This document shows, piece after piece, positions 37,555 to 49,866 of a DNA stretch of 64,000 nt. The position numbers and the translations under genes are program-made. The notes beneath the pieces were generated by a model, which worked only from the letters and a program-made list of their open reading frames with translations, was not told the DNA's origin and searched no databases. Location of the stretch: the IMG/VR virus record IMGVR_UViG_3300028840_003545; one strand, written 5' to 3'. How positions within the stretch are numbered: position 1 is the first letter of the stretch; every line of letters starts with the position of its first letter. This stretch comes from an uncultured virus (IMG/VR IMGVR_UViG_3300028840_003545) (taxonomy: Duplodnaviria > Heunggongvirae > Uroviricota > Caudoviricetes).

Positions 37555-39977
37555 TTTTATCTGTTCCTTGTTGCATTTCTATTATATTGATGCATAATTT
37601 ATCAACAAATTTAAGTAAATCTCCTGTATCACCTAGACACAACTCTTCTAAGCCATCACCTTCAGCGTCTTTACCTAAATAGTAATTCCATAATGTTGAC
37701 ATTATTAAAAGTTTAAAGTAAGGATCTAGTTCGGACCAATTTTCTTCTTCAAGGAATATTTCTTTTAGTGATTCAATATCTGAGTCATCTAGTTTACAGT
37801 CTTGTTTACCAAAATTCTGTTCGTATTGCTCCCACTGTTCACTAGTCCATGTGAGTTTACGAAAACGTACCAATTGTTGGTTAGCATGTTTTTGTAGTAT
37901 TGTGATTTGCTTATTTAATTGTTTTTTGCTCATCTTGTTTTTCTGAATGAACTTCACCAGCAATTTGATAAAAATCAGACATTACTATTGATACTCTTCT
38001 TGCGGCAGCACGAAGTCTAGGATCATGCTTGGTTACACCTAGGTCTTTTACCTGATCTTCCCAAACCTCTAATAACATTGAAGCTCTATCCATAACTTCA
38101 TGATAATGATCTTCATCTGGAATGAATTCATCACTACATTGTTCTTTTCCTTTCACTTCTATTTTTTTCTTTTTAGGGAAGAATACAATCACGAAAGCCG
38201 TAATTGCAAAAATTACAGTTAGTGCGATAGACAAATGATCGCCTTTAAGTTCCATATCAATAATACTTTCTAGTGTATCGCTCTTTAAATGGAGCACCGT
38301 GCTTTTTACGTTCTGGTTCTTGTATACGTTTTATCGATCTAAGTAGATGAGTAGCTGATTGAAGTGCTGTAAAAGCTAAATACCAAGACTTTTCAGGAAA
38401 TTCGTGTCCGTCTCTCTGATCTACCTTTTGACACTTGTCTACTTGTTCTTTAAGTAATCTAATATTCTCTTCAGTAAGGTTTTGTCTAAGAGCCTTGGTT
38501 AGACGTATAATTTTTTCGTTATCTGTTTCGGGTTTCATTTTTCAATACCGAACATTTTTCTCATACGTTTTTGCATGAAAACTTGACCTTGCATAAATGC
38601 TTGGTTTAGTGCATCATTTATAGCGCAAGAAATTCTATCTGCGTCTGCTAAGTCTGTTATTACAAGCTTAACTCCTGGACCTTGAAAAGTAGATACGATT
38701 GGTCTAGATGTTTGAGTACCTTCTACTTTTACTTTGTATATTGCATCTCCATTTTCTTTTCTTTTTTGTTTAATTATATTAACAGCTTCTTTTATCAGTT
38801 CACACGGATCTGTAGCAGCTAGTAGATGTCCGTTTGGTATTTCGTCTGCTAATTTATCTACAGCTTCTTCTAGTTCTTTGTTACTCATTATTATTTTCTC
38901 TCTCTATACTATCTGGTTGTACATTATAGCTAGCATTTTTTAATGTATTTGATATTTCGTTAAGAAAATCTGTTTCAGTTTCTGATTCAGTTTCATCAAA
39001 ACTTGGACAAATTACACACAAGGATACGAAATATATTTCTCCTGGTTTTAAATCTCCACTTTTACATTCTTGCCATTGATTGTGACTTAGCTTAGATTTT
39101 GAATCTGTAATTCTTTTTTCAGCTACATAAAATGCTTCTGCATGTTTTTTTATTACAGCAAAGAAAGGTTGTATTAAATTGTACTTCTGACTAACTAAAT
39201 CAGCTGCTTTCATCATTGCTACCAAAGCTTTAGCTAAACTATCTCGTTCTGATTTGATAGTACGAATACAATCAGGCCAAGACTGTCCCTTGCTCGTAGC
39301 AGGATCATTAGATAATTCCGAACACATCTCTCTAACTATTTTTTCAGCTTCTGGTTTCATTTTTTTCAGCTCTTTACATTCAATAGTCCAACAGTTTGTA
39401 GTTTTTAACATCTTTTTCAGTTTTCATTTAAATTATCCTTGTGGTTAAGATTGTTCTGGATATTCTGCACATGCTGCTTTCCAAATATCGTTAAGATCTA
39501 TCCAAAATAAAATTTGTAAATCGTTAGGAAATTTATCGATAATTAGTTTAAGTGCTTTCCACAAATGATTTTTCATAATTGCTCGTTCGTCTTCAGAGCA
39601 ATTGATCCATGCTTTTAAGACTTTCATCATGTATTACATTTGTCATCTGTATGGTCCTTTATCAAGTGGCTTTCTTCTTATATTACCGCCATCTACTATA
39701 ATCTCATTAGCTGTCATATTTACTAAGCTATAACCAAAATGTGACACATTTGAAGAATCTATAATTTCTTCTATTTCAGATAACACATTCTTATCCGCGA
39801 TAACGTTTATTCTTAATGCTAATCCTATACAGTTTACACTTCCAACAATTACAGGTAATATTTTTTTATTGGGGGAATCTACTGTAGGTTTAACTTCAAA
39901 TCCTTTTTCTATTAATTTAGTTATAATAGTAGATTTTGATTCCGATACAAGTAATGATATCATTACGAAATGGATAT

Positions 39978-40742
39978 TCATCCTAACCTCTCAAGTATTT
40001 TGGTATATTCTACAACGCTTCTTTCAATTAGAATGAAGCGTCTACCCAGGTTTCGCGCTGCCACTGCTGCCGTGCCGCTACCCGCAAAGGTATCGAGCAC
40101 GATATCATCGGGTTCAGTGTGAATTAGTATAGGTATCTCAAAAAGCTTTACTGGCTTTTGTGCTGTGCTAATTTTTCCTCTAAATAGTTCAGTAATATCA
40201 GTCCAAACATTAGTCCGTCTTAAGTATTCACTTTTAGCTGGATACTTAGCGTTGTATCCAGCGTAACCACGCTTTTCATCTAGTAGTGGTATATCAAATT
40301 TTAATGGTTTCTTTTCATCACCTAAAATCATATATATTAGCTCTTCACGAGTGAATAGGTAGTTCCATTGAATACCATATGCTCGTCTTTTTTTCCATGT
40401 TATATGGTTTGCAATAGTCCAATCAGTTTCTTCTTCAACTCTAGCCAAAAACTTATAAAGTGGACGCATTCCAGGTTTACCGATTCCACCCCACATGTAG
40501 CAAGCAGATTGCCAAGTGCATATCTCTCTGTACACTTGCATACAATCTATTAAAAAGTCAGCAAAGTTACTATCATGCTTTATTTGTTTATCCCATTTGT
40601 TATTAATTACTCCACCATATGGAGGGTCTGTTTCTACTAGCTTAATTTTTCCGTCAGCGTAAGCTTTAATTGCTTCTACCACATCTGGATCAGGGAATTG
40701 TCCTAAGATAACAATACCGTCTTTATACGTCTTTATTTTCAT
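39978..40742 (-). CDS. DNA amino-methyltransferase (N6-A/N4-C, beta class)
   Basis: TDPPY motif IV before VLDTFAGSGT motif I; QKPVKL; no adjacent REase recognised. Confidence 0.9.
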   Translation of the reverse strand: MKIKTYKDGIVILGQFPDPDVVEAIKAYADGKIKLVETDPPYGGVINNKWDKQIKHDSNFADFLIDCMQVYREICTWQSACYMWGGIGKPGMRPLYKFLARVEEETDWTIANHITWKKRRAYGIQWNYLFTREELIYMILGDEKKPLKFDIPLLDEKRGYAGYNAKYPAKSEYLRRTNVWTDITELFRGKISTAQKPVKLFEIPILIHTEPDDIVLDTFAGSGTAAVAARNLGRRFILIERSVVEYTKILERLG

Positions 40743-41555
40743 CTTTACCTTTTATAGCTTCAGTGATGTTTTTATCTGCGGCACCTATGTATCCACACAT
40801 ACAATTAGCAGAGCAAGATAAAGCAGTTAGGTGTCCAGTTATATTTGCTAGTACGTTATTAATTTTTATTAGTACGAGTACAAGTTTTTCTAATGTACCG
40901 TATATTACTAGCATTAGTAGTGTCATGCATATAAAACACACTAAGAAAGCCGTGTAGAAGAATATTTGTATAGGTTCCATCAGTCGTAGCTTTCGTCATA
41001 AGGTTCAGTTGGATCGTTAATCCCGCAGTTGTGACATTTGCTTGATTTTATATCGTTTAGCTTTTTACAACTGCGGCATTGCTTCTTTAGTTTAGCTTGT
41101 GGTAGATATCTCTTAAACCAGTCGATAGTATTTTGACTATCATCTATTAATATCAATCCATGCTCGATGTTAAATGATTCTTGTATTTCTTTTTCATTTA
41201 GACCACAAGAATCAAGTTCTCTTCGTATTTCTGCGGCGGTAACCTCTGTAACTACAGTATTTTTTACCATTGTTTAGCACCACCCCAATCGTCTTTCATT
41301 GGTGTTTTTTCTGGTGTTTTTTCTTTACCAGAAAATTCTATAACACTCCATATTGGAGGTCTACTGTAAATTCTTAAATGTTTACTTTCGACATTGGTTA
41401 TATGCTCTTGACATGAGTAAAATCGCTGATCTGGTTCATTTGAACATTTACTACATGTACAATATACTACTACATCATTTTTACATCCTAATTTTATACC
41501 ATGTGAACTGGATGCGTCACAAGTTGGTTTTTCTACTGAATTCATAACTTTTTCC

Positions 41556-41834
41556 TCAAGGATCTAGATCTACAGTTATAGAAATAATTTCTCCTTTATC
41601 ATTACGGTAAATGTAAACTGGGAATTTACCGTCACCTTTCGTTAAGGATACCACTCCAAGCGGTATTCTCCCTAAGCCTTTAGTAAAAGTTTCACCGGCT
41701 GGTGTTCCTCTGCTTGTTGTTAGTCTAACGCAATCTTCATAATCATCTTGTGTGAACTTTTTTAGATATGCAGGATCTGCAACCATAAGTTGTCCACTGT
41801 CAACAGGCACATATCCTATTAGTTCTTTAGGCAT
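41556..41834 (-). CDS. DUF4241-like small protein
   Basis: VDSGQLMVADP...GDGKFPVY. Confidence 0.55.
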   Translation of the reverse strand: MPKELIGYVPVDSGQLMVADPAYLKKFTQDDYEDCVRLTTSRGTPAGETFTKGLGRIPLGVVSLTKGDGKFPVYIYRNDKGEIISITVDLDP

Positions 41835-42108
41835 CTTTATTCCTATGGTTTGTCTCTTTGTACCTATTTACCGTTAACGGATATATCTAGTTCATCTCTC
41901 ATATGTTCTAAACATCCGTCGTATCCGTAGGCGGCAAGGTCGGATCGGCGAGGGTATTCGGCTTCTAGACACTCTTTCGGTCTAATTAGGTGTCCCATGT
42001 ATCTAACTAGAACTACTTTGAACTTTTTACACCAATGTATTTTTATCTTTCTATGCGGACACTTTTCGCAAGTATATTTACCTATAGGTACTTCTTCTGT
42101 TAGTGTTC

Positions 42109-42252
42109 TCACTTCTTTTCTTTCTCAGCTTCTCTAGCTTTTTTGAAGTAATCGTTAATTTGATCACGAGTCAAAGGTTTACTACCCTTGTCTACGGTCA
42201 AAGCGATTGCGTGATCACGGAGTTTCTTATCTAGTCCTTTAGAGCTTCCCAT
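42109..42252 (-). CDS. 47-aa protein not in ORF track (MGSSKGLDKKLRDHAIAL...)
   Basis: AAGGA RBS; stop overlaps next start; first 11 codons shared with upstream gene. Confidence 0.6.
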   Translation of the reverse strand: MGSSKGLDKKLRDHAIALTVDKGSKPLTRDQINDYFKKAREAEKEKK

Positions 42253-42273
42253 TTTGTTTCCTTTTAGTTATTT

Positions 42274-42465
42274 TTACGCGTTTTTGTATTGATCACGTAC
42301 AGAATCTAATTCTTGATTGAGTCTAACAATCGAATCCTTATATCTACTTATTTCATTATCTGTTTCTAGCAATTTTTTATTTTTTCTTTTGATTGACTTC
42401 TTTATTTTCTTGAATTTCTTCATCATTTTTTTGAGTTTTTTATCCATTCCTTTAGAGCTTCCCAT
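42274..42465 (-). CDS. Small basic coiled-coil protein (MGSSKGMDKKL...)
   Basis: GGAGG RBS upstream of ATG 42465. Confidence 0.6.
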   Translation of the reverse strand: MGSSKGMDKKLKKMMKKFKKIKKSIKRKNKKLLETDNEISRYKDSIVRLNQELDSVRDQYKNA

Positions 42466-42467
42466 TT

Positions 42468-43034
42468 CTAAGTCCTCCACTTGTAAGGCTCGATAGTTCC
42501 ATGATTTGGTCCGTAGACCCTACACCTGACGTCCTGCCACGAATTATAAGTTAGCTCTATAATACTGTCAGCAGGGATAGTGAATTCTAGCCAAAGAAAG
42601 ATATCCTTTAGTGCTTTGATGGCTTTTCTTTGATATTCATCATGGCGCATTGGATATTGAACTTTACCCTTAAGAGTAGCCCTAGAAAGTCTGCTTAAGG
42701 TAATAAGTAAATTAGCTGGGTTAGATTCTATTTTCTTATCACCTCTATCTGCGAAAATCTCTGATACATTCAATTGTTCGTTAGAGCAGTAAGCAATACA
42801 AGCAATCATTATATCGCCTACCGCATCTTCTAGTTCTTTAAGAGCTTTTACATCTCTTATGGTAGTATCAGTAACAGCTTCTACCAATTCACCGCATTCT
42901 TCTACAATTGCTGCCAAAGATGCGAATGTATCATGATGTTGTGGTGACACTTCCCAGTTTAAAAGTGGGCTGTAATTCCATTGAAGCCAAGTTTCAACTT
43001 CACTTTGAATATCGTCTAGGTCCATTTCATCCAT
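42468..43034 (-). CDS. MazG-like nucleotide pyrophosphohydrolase
   Basis: IVEECGELVEA...ELEDAVGDIM (ExxE...ExxD-like). Confidence 0.65.
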   Translation of the reverse strand: MDEMDLDDIQSEVETWLQWNYSPLLNWEVSPQHHDTFASLAAIVEECGELVEAVTDTTIRDVKALKELEDAVGDIMIACIAYCSNEQLNVSEIFADRGDKKIESNPANLLITLSRLSRATLKGKVQYPMRHDEYQRKAIKALKDIFLWLEFTIPADSIIELTYNSWQDVRCRVYGPNHGTIEPYKWRT

Positions 43035-43566
43035 TTTACTTATCCCTGTAATCTCTTATTGGTTTACCATTCACCTAGTAGCCACCTTAATTATTCAGCG
43101 CGATTCATTTTTAATAATATCTATCGATAGTCGATCTTGTGGACCATCTAGAAGAGCTAAAGCATCTGCTTTCTCTTGTTTTAATTCTTTAATCATATTT
43201 TCCATATCTTCGATAACACTTATCAATTCTTCTAAATGACTATCAAAAATTTGATCAGCTTCTTCTAAATCAGAAGTTCTGACTTTAAGTGGAAGTGAAT
43301 AGCTAGCTCTAAGTCTAGCTAATTCCATACTAAGTGCTCTACTTATTTTATAATTTTCAGTAGCGGTAGCTATTTTTCGAATTAATTCTTCAGCTTCAGT
43401 TGGGTTAGCTTCGAAAGCCAATTTAGCAAGATCAACCATTTCATCGATAATATCCATAATTCAATCCTTTTTATATTAAACAGTGTGTGGTAGTCAAGCT
43501 ACCTACTGCACCCTTACCCGACCACCACACACTTATGCCCTTACTGTAGGAGACTCAAGATCTCAC

Positions 43567-44583
43567 TTAAATTTTAGGACGTCGTTTTCCCATCTTTACA
43601 AGTGCTCGCCAATAGTCGTTTTTGTTTATTCGAACAACCTTTTCTCCACGAACCTCGTAAATTACCTCCCCCTCTTCGATATCCCGACCGTCTACTTCAT
43701 GAAGCCAGTAGCGAATAATACTTCTATCTTTATATTTAAGTGCTCTAACACAACGTTTTTGACCATCTGATGTATGTGAATAAACTTCTACAGGTGTTTT
43801 GTCTGCAGTTTTAAGCATAAGAGAGTGATTCTGTTTTACTATATCTCCATTCAATTCTGGATGAACGAAGTGCAATTTATCGTTTATACGAACTGTTGCA
43901 CTGTTAAGTATCATTATCCTTACAATGACACCATCTGCACCTGTCATTTCTGTTACAGGATTGGCAGGAAATGGATAAAAACCAGGACAAAACTCGAAAC
44001 CTTCGAATTCTTTAAGAATACTTACGCAAAGATCAAAAGCTTCATTTGAGACGCTTTCGTAAATCTCGTCTTGGTCTTTACGCTGCAATACGGCTTTGGC
44101 GGGATCACTAAAAATAGGCTGCTGACGGGGCCACCTACCGCGCGTGGCTCGTGACATATCGCTCGTGTTTCGAGCCGTTTGAGGACCGGTTTCGACTGGA
44201 TGCGCAGGAGGTTGCGGACTGTTTTCGATTGGATGCACAGGGGGTCGGACGGGTGGGGTAGGAGGCGAAATTGGAACGCGAGCATCCCCAAAATAGATAG
44301 AATAGTAATCTATTCCTTCTCTACCGCATTTTTCACATAGATTATGTTCGTTATCTACTACAATAAAACAATTGCCGCATAGATTATATCTTTCGTCTTG
44401 GATTTCCGGGTAGATATCCAAAAGTAGCCTGTGAATATCTTTCTTTACCTTGCCTGCATGCTCTTTTGCCAGTAGTCCTTTAAAAAGTGATACTGACAGA
44501 TTTTTACGAGTGTTTGTTTTTGCTCCTCTAAGTCTGCTAACTAAAATTTGCACCGCTTCTGAGTATTGTCCGATTGGTCGCAT
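43567..44583 (-). CDS. Hypothetical protein with zinc ribbon and Pro-rich linker
   Basis: CGNC...CEKC; PISPPTPPVRPP. Confidence 0.6.
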   Translation of the reverse strand: MRPIGQYSEAVQILVSRLRGAKTNTRKNLSVSLFKGLLAKEHAGKVKKDIHRLLLDIYPEIQDERYNLCGNCFIVVDNEHNLCEKCGREGIDYYSIYFGDARVPISPPTPPVRPPVHPIENSPQPPAHPVETGPQTARNTSDMSRATRGRWPRQQPIFSDPAKAVLQRKDQDEIYESVSNEAFDLCVSILKEFEGFEFCPGFYPFPANPVTEMTGADGVIVRIMILNSATVRINDKLHFVHPELNGDIVKQNHSLMLKTADKTPVEVYSHTSDGQKRCVRALKYKDRSIIRYWLHEVDGRDIEEGEVIYEVRGEKVVRINKNDYWRALVKMGKRRPKI

Positions 44584-45770
44584 GTTTTAACTCCGTTTTC
44601 CGACGTTTCCGATTGTTTTACAGCGTGACTGCTGCAAAAATCTGTAGCATTGCGAAAACTATCATTTGCGCAACAGTATGCTCTTCTAGGCTTTATAGGT
44701 TCTTCAAAGTAGTTACACGTATCACAGCTTTTGTGTTCACTTATATTCGCACTAAGGAATAGTGTTTCTGAACATTCAGCACATTTAATCATCTTTGCGA
44801 AATTAGCATTATCACCATTGACAATAACTTTGTAAGTATCATTACCACAAAACCAACATGTCAAAATTGAATCATTCATTCTACAAGCTCCAATTCAATT
44901 ATTGTGACTGTTATTCTTTCACTGTTCAAATCAAATAAACCATTACCGCAACATTTATTTTTGAATTTTTTTATTTCATCTTCATTTGGATATTTAACAT
45001 AAACAAATTTAGAAAGTATAGATCTTCTAGTATCAAAACATGACATAAGTCCGTGTATTTTGATCTGGTATACTTTTCTTACCATAACTTACAACACTTC
45101 AAGAAATGGTTTTATAAAATTCACAATACATTCTTCTGTTCTTTTAACTATTACAGACAACTCTTTGGTAAGCGCTATGTTTTGCATAAATCTATCATGA
45201 CGACCTATCTCTTTCTTTCTGTACATTCTAATTTCGTGATGCCTTCTTGATTCACGTTTTTTAAATGTACGCAGTTTCATTACAATTTCACAACGCCGTT
45301 TTCGTCTATGAACATTACAAGATGACATGTATCACTCATTCGAATACCTCTTTAAACCAATCTTGAAATTCTTTTACATCGTCGTCATGCCACAAGCTAC
45401 TTTCTTTCATATTCTTTTTAATCTTTTCCGCTAGCTTCTTTTTGTATTCAGTATCAAATCTATTTACTCTATCAAAAGCGTACTGTCTAAGTGATCCAGG
45501 ACATTGATCATCCGAATGCATATTTTCTATCAAATTTATTAAATCATCTTCAAAATGTTGTTTTAATTCTCTTACTAATTTCGTAATTTCACATATATCT
45601 TTACTTAGTTGTTTTGCACTCATTACTCTTTCCGTTTCCAATCACTACAAACTTTATCATGAACTTCATCGGTTATTTTGATAATAGGGTGAATATTTAT
45701 TCTTACGGTATCACCAAGAATTTTTTGAGCTTCTTCATCAGTAAGCACTTTTAATTCAGGTTTATTGTAT

Positions 45771-46265
45771 TTATTTTTTTGCATTTCTCAATTGTCCTAC
45801 AGTGGCTACAGTTAATGCTAAATTTGACAAGTTTTCATTGGCTTCTTGTTTGTCTTCTTCTTCTTCTTCTTTATCTATGTATCCACCTACTGCACCAAGA
45901 ATGTGATCGATATTTTCTCTAACTCCTGCTGCCACAAGAATCTGATGTAAAACCTTTTCACATTTGCCTTGCTTTTCCATCATTTTACGTAGTTTTCTAG
46001 ATGGTACATTTACGTTGTACCCTCTAGGACACTTCATAGCTTCATTATGACCAAAAAGTTTACATAAAAGAGGTCTAACAGTGTAAACACTACATTTACC
46101 ATCTGTATAAAGTGGACAAGTAACGCCATTATCTACAGGAACTATCTCTTTCTCTAATACATACTCTAATATTACTTCAAATTCTTTATTAGTTACAGGA
46201 ACCACGCCACAGCAGCCACCGCAGCCGTTATCGCATTGCATTTTAGGTAGCTTAAACTTACTCAT
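45771..46265 (-). CDS. YkgJ-family cysteine cluster protein
   Basis: CDNGCGGCCG...CPLY..GKCSVYTVRPLLCKLFG. Confidence 0.8.
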   Translation of the reverse strand: MSKFKLPKMQCDNGCGGCCGVVPVTNKEFEVILEYVLEKEIVPVDNGVTCPLYTDGKCSVYTVRPLLCKLFGHNEAMKCPRGYNVNVPSRKLRKMMEKQGKCEKVLHQILVAAGVRENIDHILGAVGGYIDKEEEEEDKQEANENLSNLALTVATVGQLRNAKK

Positions 46266-47895
46266 TTTATTCACCTATGATTAAATCTATAAAGTTAGCG
46301 TGTTGTCTTAATGCATCTCTATAATTTTTAAGCGCTTTTCTTTTACTAGAAGTAAGCTTTGGTAATTTTTCAAGTTGCTTAAGTTCTTTTATGAATTCAT
46401 TTATTGATTCTTCACTTAAATCTTCAAATTCTTCAGGCAAATCCTCGAATACTTCTTCATCTTCTAGCCAATCCGGTCCCCATTTAATATCAGTTCCAAG
46501 TTTTGATAGTATTCCGTTAATATGATCTATAAATCTACTATCTTCGCCATTTAATAAATTATCTACAGCTACCCAAATTGGCGCAACAGTTGAGAAGAAC
46601 TTTTTCTCTGAATCTCTTAGCCAATTTCCATATTCTTCATATGTTTCATCAGAAGGATTTTCAATTAAAGATTTGAATTTTTGTAAATCATTTATTATAC
46701 CTTGTACGATTGTTTTGTCTTTTTGATCTAGTAACATTTGTTAACATCTTTCAACAGTGTAATCGCCGCTTTTAATCATGTGTGTTTTACATCTACCATG
46801 ACGATCTAGTAATGTACTTTTAGCAATATTTATAATATGAATATCACTAGAATTTTCTGGAGCAGTAACATTTAAGGTACCGTTCATCTTAGCAACTTCG
46901 TTATATCCAATAGCATATTTAACTTTGAATACTATATCTTTTTTACTTACTTTTTTCATCTTCTACAATCACCGTAATAGGTTTTCTTTCAATACAAACG
47001 TTTAGTGCTCTTTGACATTCACTTAGCTTATTTTCAGCTTCATTAATCCGTCTTTGATATTCATCTTCTGCGTTTTGACACGATACCAGGCTTGTACTTA
47101 ACGTCTCTGAAACATTCTCATACACATGAGACTTGTATGAAAAGTAAGATAACGCAAGTATCAAAAACAATATTACAGCATACGATACAGTTGTGGAATC
47201 GATCTTTCTCATTTTATACCAAGACCGTGTTGGTTAAAAACCTTGTTCAATCCATCTTTAACATTAGAGTATCCATAAGGTACTTTAATTTTTATATGAA
47301 TACTATCAGATTGAATATGCATATCAATTTTTTCTACAACAATGTTAGGATCCATTCCCCTGTATTGAGCAATGCATTTAGCAAAGTTTTCATGCATGTC
47401 ATCATTATCATCACCTTCCACGGTGCCTTTTATAATATAAGTATGTTTTTTGCTTACTGGAATTAGTTTAACTTTCATTATACATCCCAATCTTGTAGTG
47501 TACATTTACCATTAAACGATACAAGATGCACACCTCTAGTTGTTATCAAGTCTTCTAATGTACATTCATTTTGAAGTACATCGTAATATACATGACTTGT
47601 AGTTTTAAATTCGAATTTATTACCTTTTTCATCTTCATATATAACGTCACAAGGATATCTTTTACCAGATGATATCATTGTTCCGCCACCTACTCTTTTA
47701 AGTTTGCTACTAGTATTAACTTCTAATGTAATTTTCATTTTCTGTACCTTGGTTTGGTTCCTTTTTCTAAAACATGTACACTCAATACATCAAACCCTAG
47801 TTCTTCACAGTACTTTTTAAACTTCAGTAGTTTCTCATCTTCTACTGGATGTTTTGCTCTTCTCTGTTTACTGTATAAAATACCTAACCATTATT

Positions 47896-48093
47896 TTATT
47901 CTTCTTTCATGTGGCCGCACGTTTTAACGCAAATGCGGTATGACTCTATACATTCATTTTCTTTATCGTGTGTTTTACGGAAACAATCATTCTGACTGTA
48001 TCCACAATTAGATACACAGTAAGAAGAGTCTCCTCTACCACATCCAACAATGAAAAGACTAACTAGCAATAGGCAAAACTTTTTCATCATCAA
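47896..48093 (-). CDS. Small Cys-rich lipoprotein
   Basis: MKKFCLLLVSLFIVGC lipobox; CxxxC repeats. Confidence 0.65.
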   Translation of the reverse strand: MMMKKFCLLLVSLFIVGCGRGDSSYCVSNCGYSQNDCFRKTHDKENECIESYRICVKTCGHMKEE

Positions 48094-48507
48094 ACTCTAT
48101 AGGGTCGTAACCGGCGGCTCTTCGAATCTTGTTTATAGTAAACTTTTCTTGTCTACTAAGTTCTTCTTTATCTTTCTTACAGAGTTTTGGATTGACACAG
48201 ATTCTGCCAGTACAAAACTCTTCAAAGTAGCACTGTTTTAAGTTACTCGACTTAAGTGAAATCATTTTACTTCCTTATTAATTCTATTCTAGCTACTGCT
48301 TTATGCTCGATACGTTTATAATACATTTTAGTTATCTTTCACATATTTGTAATAAGCGCTGGAGTCTACTTATTTCAGCTTTAGCATTAGCTAATTCATC
48401 TTTTAACCGTGCATTTTCAATTTCCAGCGGCTGTTTAGCCTCATTAATTCGACGTTGTTCAATGTCTCGGTCTATCTCCCAATTCTTAGGAATATGTATA
48501 CCCATCT

Positions 48508-48720
48508 TTAATTACCTTTCTTTGGACAAGGAACAGGAATGAACTGATAGTTTTCTTCTATCCAACATTCACCTGTTTTAGTATTTTCATACACAATGTA
48601 AGTTTTACCGTTAGGATGTTTGACTTTATGCTTGACAGTGTCTTCCCATCGTGGGCCGCAGCCGAAGCCGACGCCGACTACCATCATGATCACAATTGAA
48701 ATTAGTGCTAGCTTTTTCAT
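48508..48720 (-). CDS. Small lipoprotein
   Basis: MKKLALISIVIMMVVGVGFGC. Confidence 0.6.
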   Translation of the reverse strand: MKKLALISIVIMMVVGVGFGCGPRWEDTVKHKVKHPNGKTYIVYENTKTGECWIEENYQFIPVPCPKKGN

Positions 48721-49097
48721 GGTTTGAATTCCTTTAACTCGTAACTATCTTCAGTAACTATGTAGTAATCTTCTTCACAAATGCATTTAGCATTGCACTC
48801 ATTTTTGATATCTTCAGCTTCTTTTTCAGATAAACCTGGTCCAGCTATCAAAACATCATCTATATAATCACGATTAAAATTATCTGTTCTAATTACCTTC
48901 ATATCTATTCTCCCTGTAATTTTGGAGTAGTATTTACATACTCCCATATCCAACGTTCAATTTCAGTCTGCGTCATTGTTAACAATTTATATTGACAAAC
49001 TGTATATGGTGCTCCAGTTCTTTTTTGCAGTGATCTAATACGCTTCTTTAATTTTGACTTCTGTGTCATATTTATAGCCCCCCTTTTTTTATCTATA

Positions 49098-49733
49098 TCA
49101 CGCTGCCATTTTCTGTGGGAATAGAACTGGCAATTGCAAATAGATTTGGTTGTAAAGCATCCACATAAGCTCTTGCATCTGGGGGTGAGCGGTAGGATCT
49201 GTGCGAAGTTTGAAAACATGCCGCCACATTCTAAGATTACATGTCATAATAATTTCAGTTTTTAGATCGATGGGTAATACTCCACGTGCAATTTGTGGCT
49301 TTTGACCACGATCTAAAAGCCTGAAGTAATTAAACTCGCAAGCTTGCATTGCCTCTACCCATATTTCAAAATCTAACGTATTAGGTTCTATACCATATGG
49401 AGTAATACAACGAATCTGTTTGTCGTGCTTACCTTTAGAGTAGTTACAATAACGCGTTGATTCTTGCGTGTAACTTGCTAAACGATGTCGCACCATCTCA
49501 TGGGTCATACCACGACAGCAAATAAACCTAGCCGTCATACTATGGTGCTCAATAGGGCTATCATGCGGAACAGGCTTTTTGTCTAAAAGACTTTGAATCA
49601 TTTTGTCGGCAGTACCAGGACCGATCTTTGCTTCTGACTTCCAAGCGAGTCTAGCCCACTTTTCCAAATCAGTCATGATGATTTCTGGTTTATGCATTCT
49701 CTCGATATGTGCGCTTTGCTCTACAATAATCAT
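49098..49733 (-). CDS. thyX: Flavin-dependent thymidylate synthase
   Basis: HDSPIEH, HEMVRHRLASYTQESTRY (RHRx7S), QIARGVLP, NLRMWRHVFKLR..AHPQM. Confidence 0.95.
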   Translation of the reverse strand: MIIVEQSAHIERMHKPEIIMTDLEKWARLAWKSEAKIGPGTADKMIQSLLDKKPVPHDSPIEHHSMTARFICCRGMTHEMVRHRLASYTQESTRYCNYSKGKHDKQIRCITPYGIEPNTLDFEIWVEAMQACEFNYFRLLDRGQKPQIARGVLPIDLKTEIIMTCNLRMWRHVFKLRTDPTAHPQMQELMWMLYNQIYLQLPVLFPQKMAA

Positions 49734-49758
49734 AACTATTCCCTTTCTTAACTACCAG

Positions 49759-49861
49759 TGGACAGAGCAGGACTCGAACCTGCATCATCAGTCTACAGTT
49801 AGGGTTATCTACCGATTGTTTTACCGTCACTCCCTAAAGTGAACTATTAAACTATCTGCCC
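49759..49861 (-). tRNA. Atypical 103-nt tRNA-like gene (possibly Tyr GUA) with D-loop and anticodon-loop insertions
   Basis: Acceptor GGGCAGA/TCTGTCC+A, D stem GTTT/AAAC, anticodon stem ATCGG/CTGAT, T arm GCAGG-TTCGAGT-CCTGC. Confidence 0.65.
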
Positions 49862-49866
49862 TTAAA

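Noticed and set aside
39978..40742. Restriction-modification system
   Set aside because: No recognisable endonuclease nearby; treated as an orphan methyltransferase.
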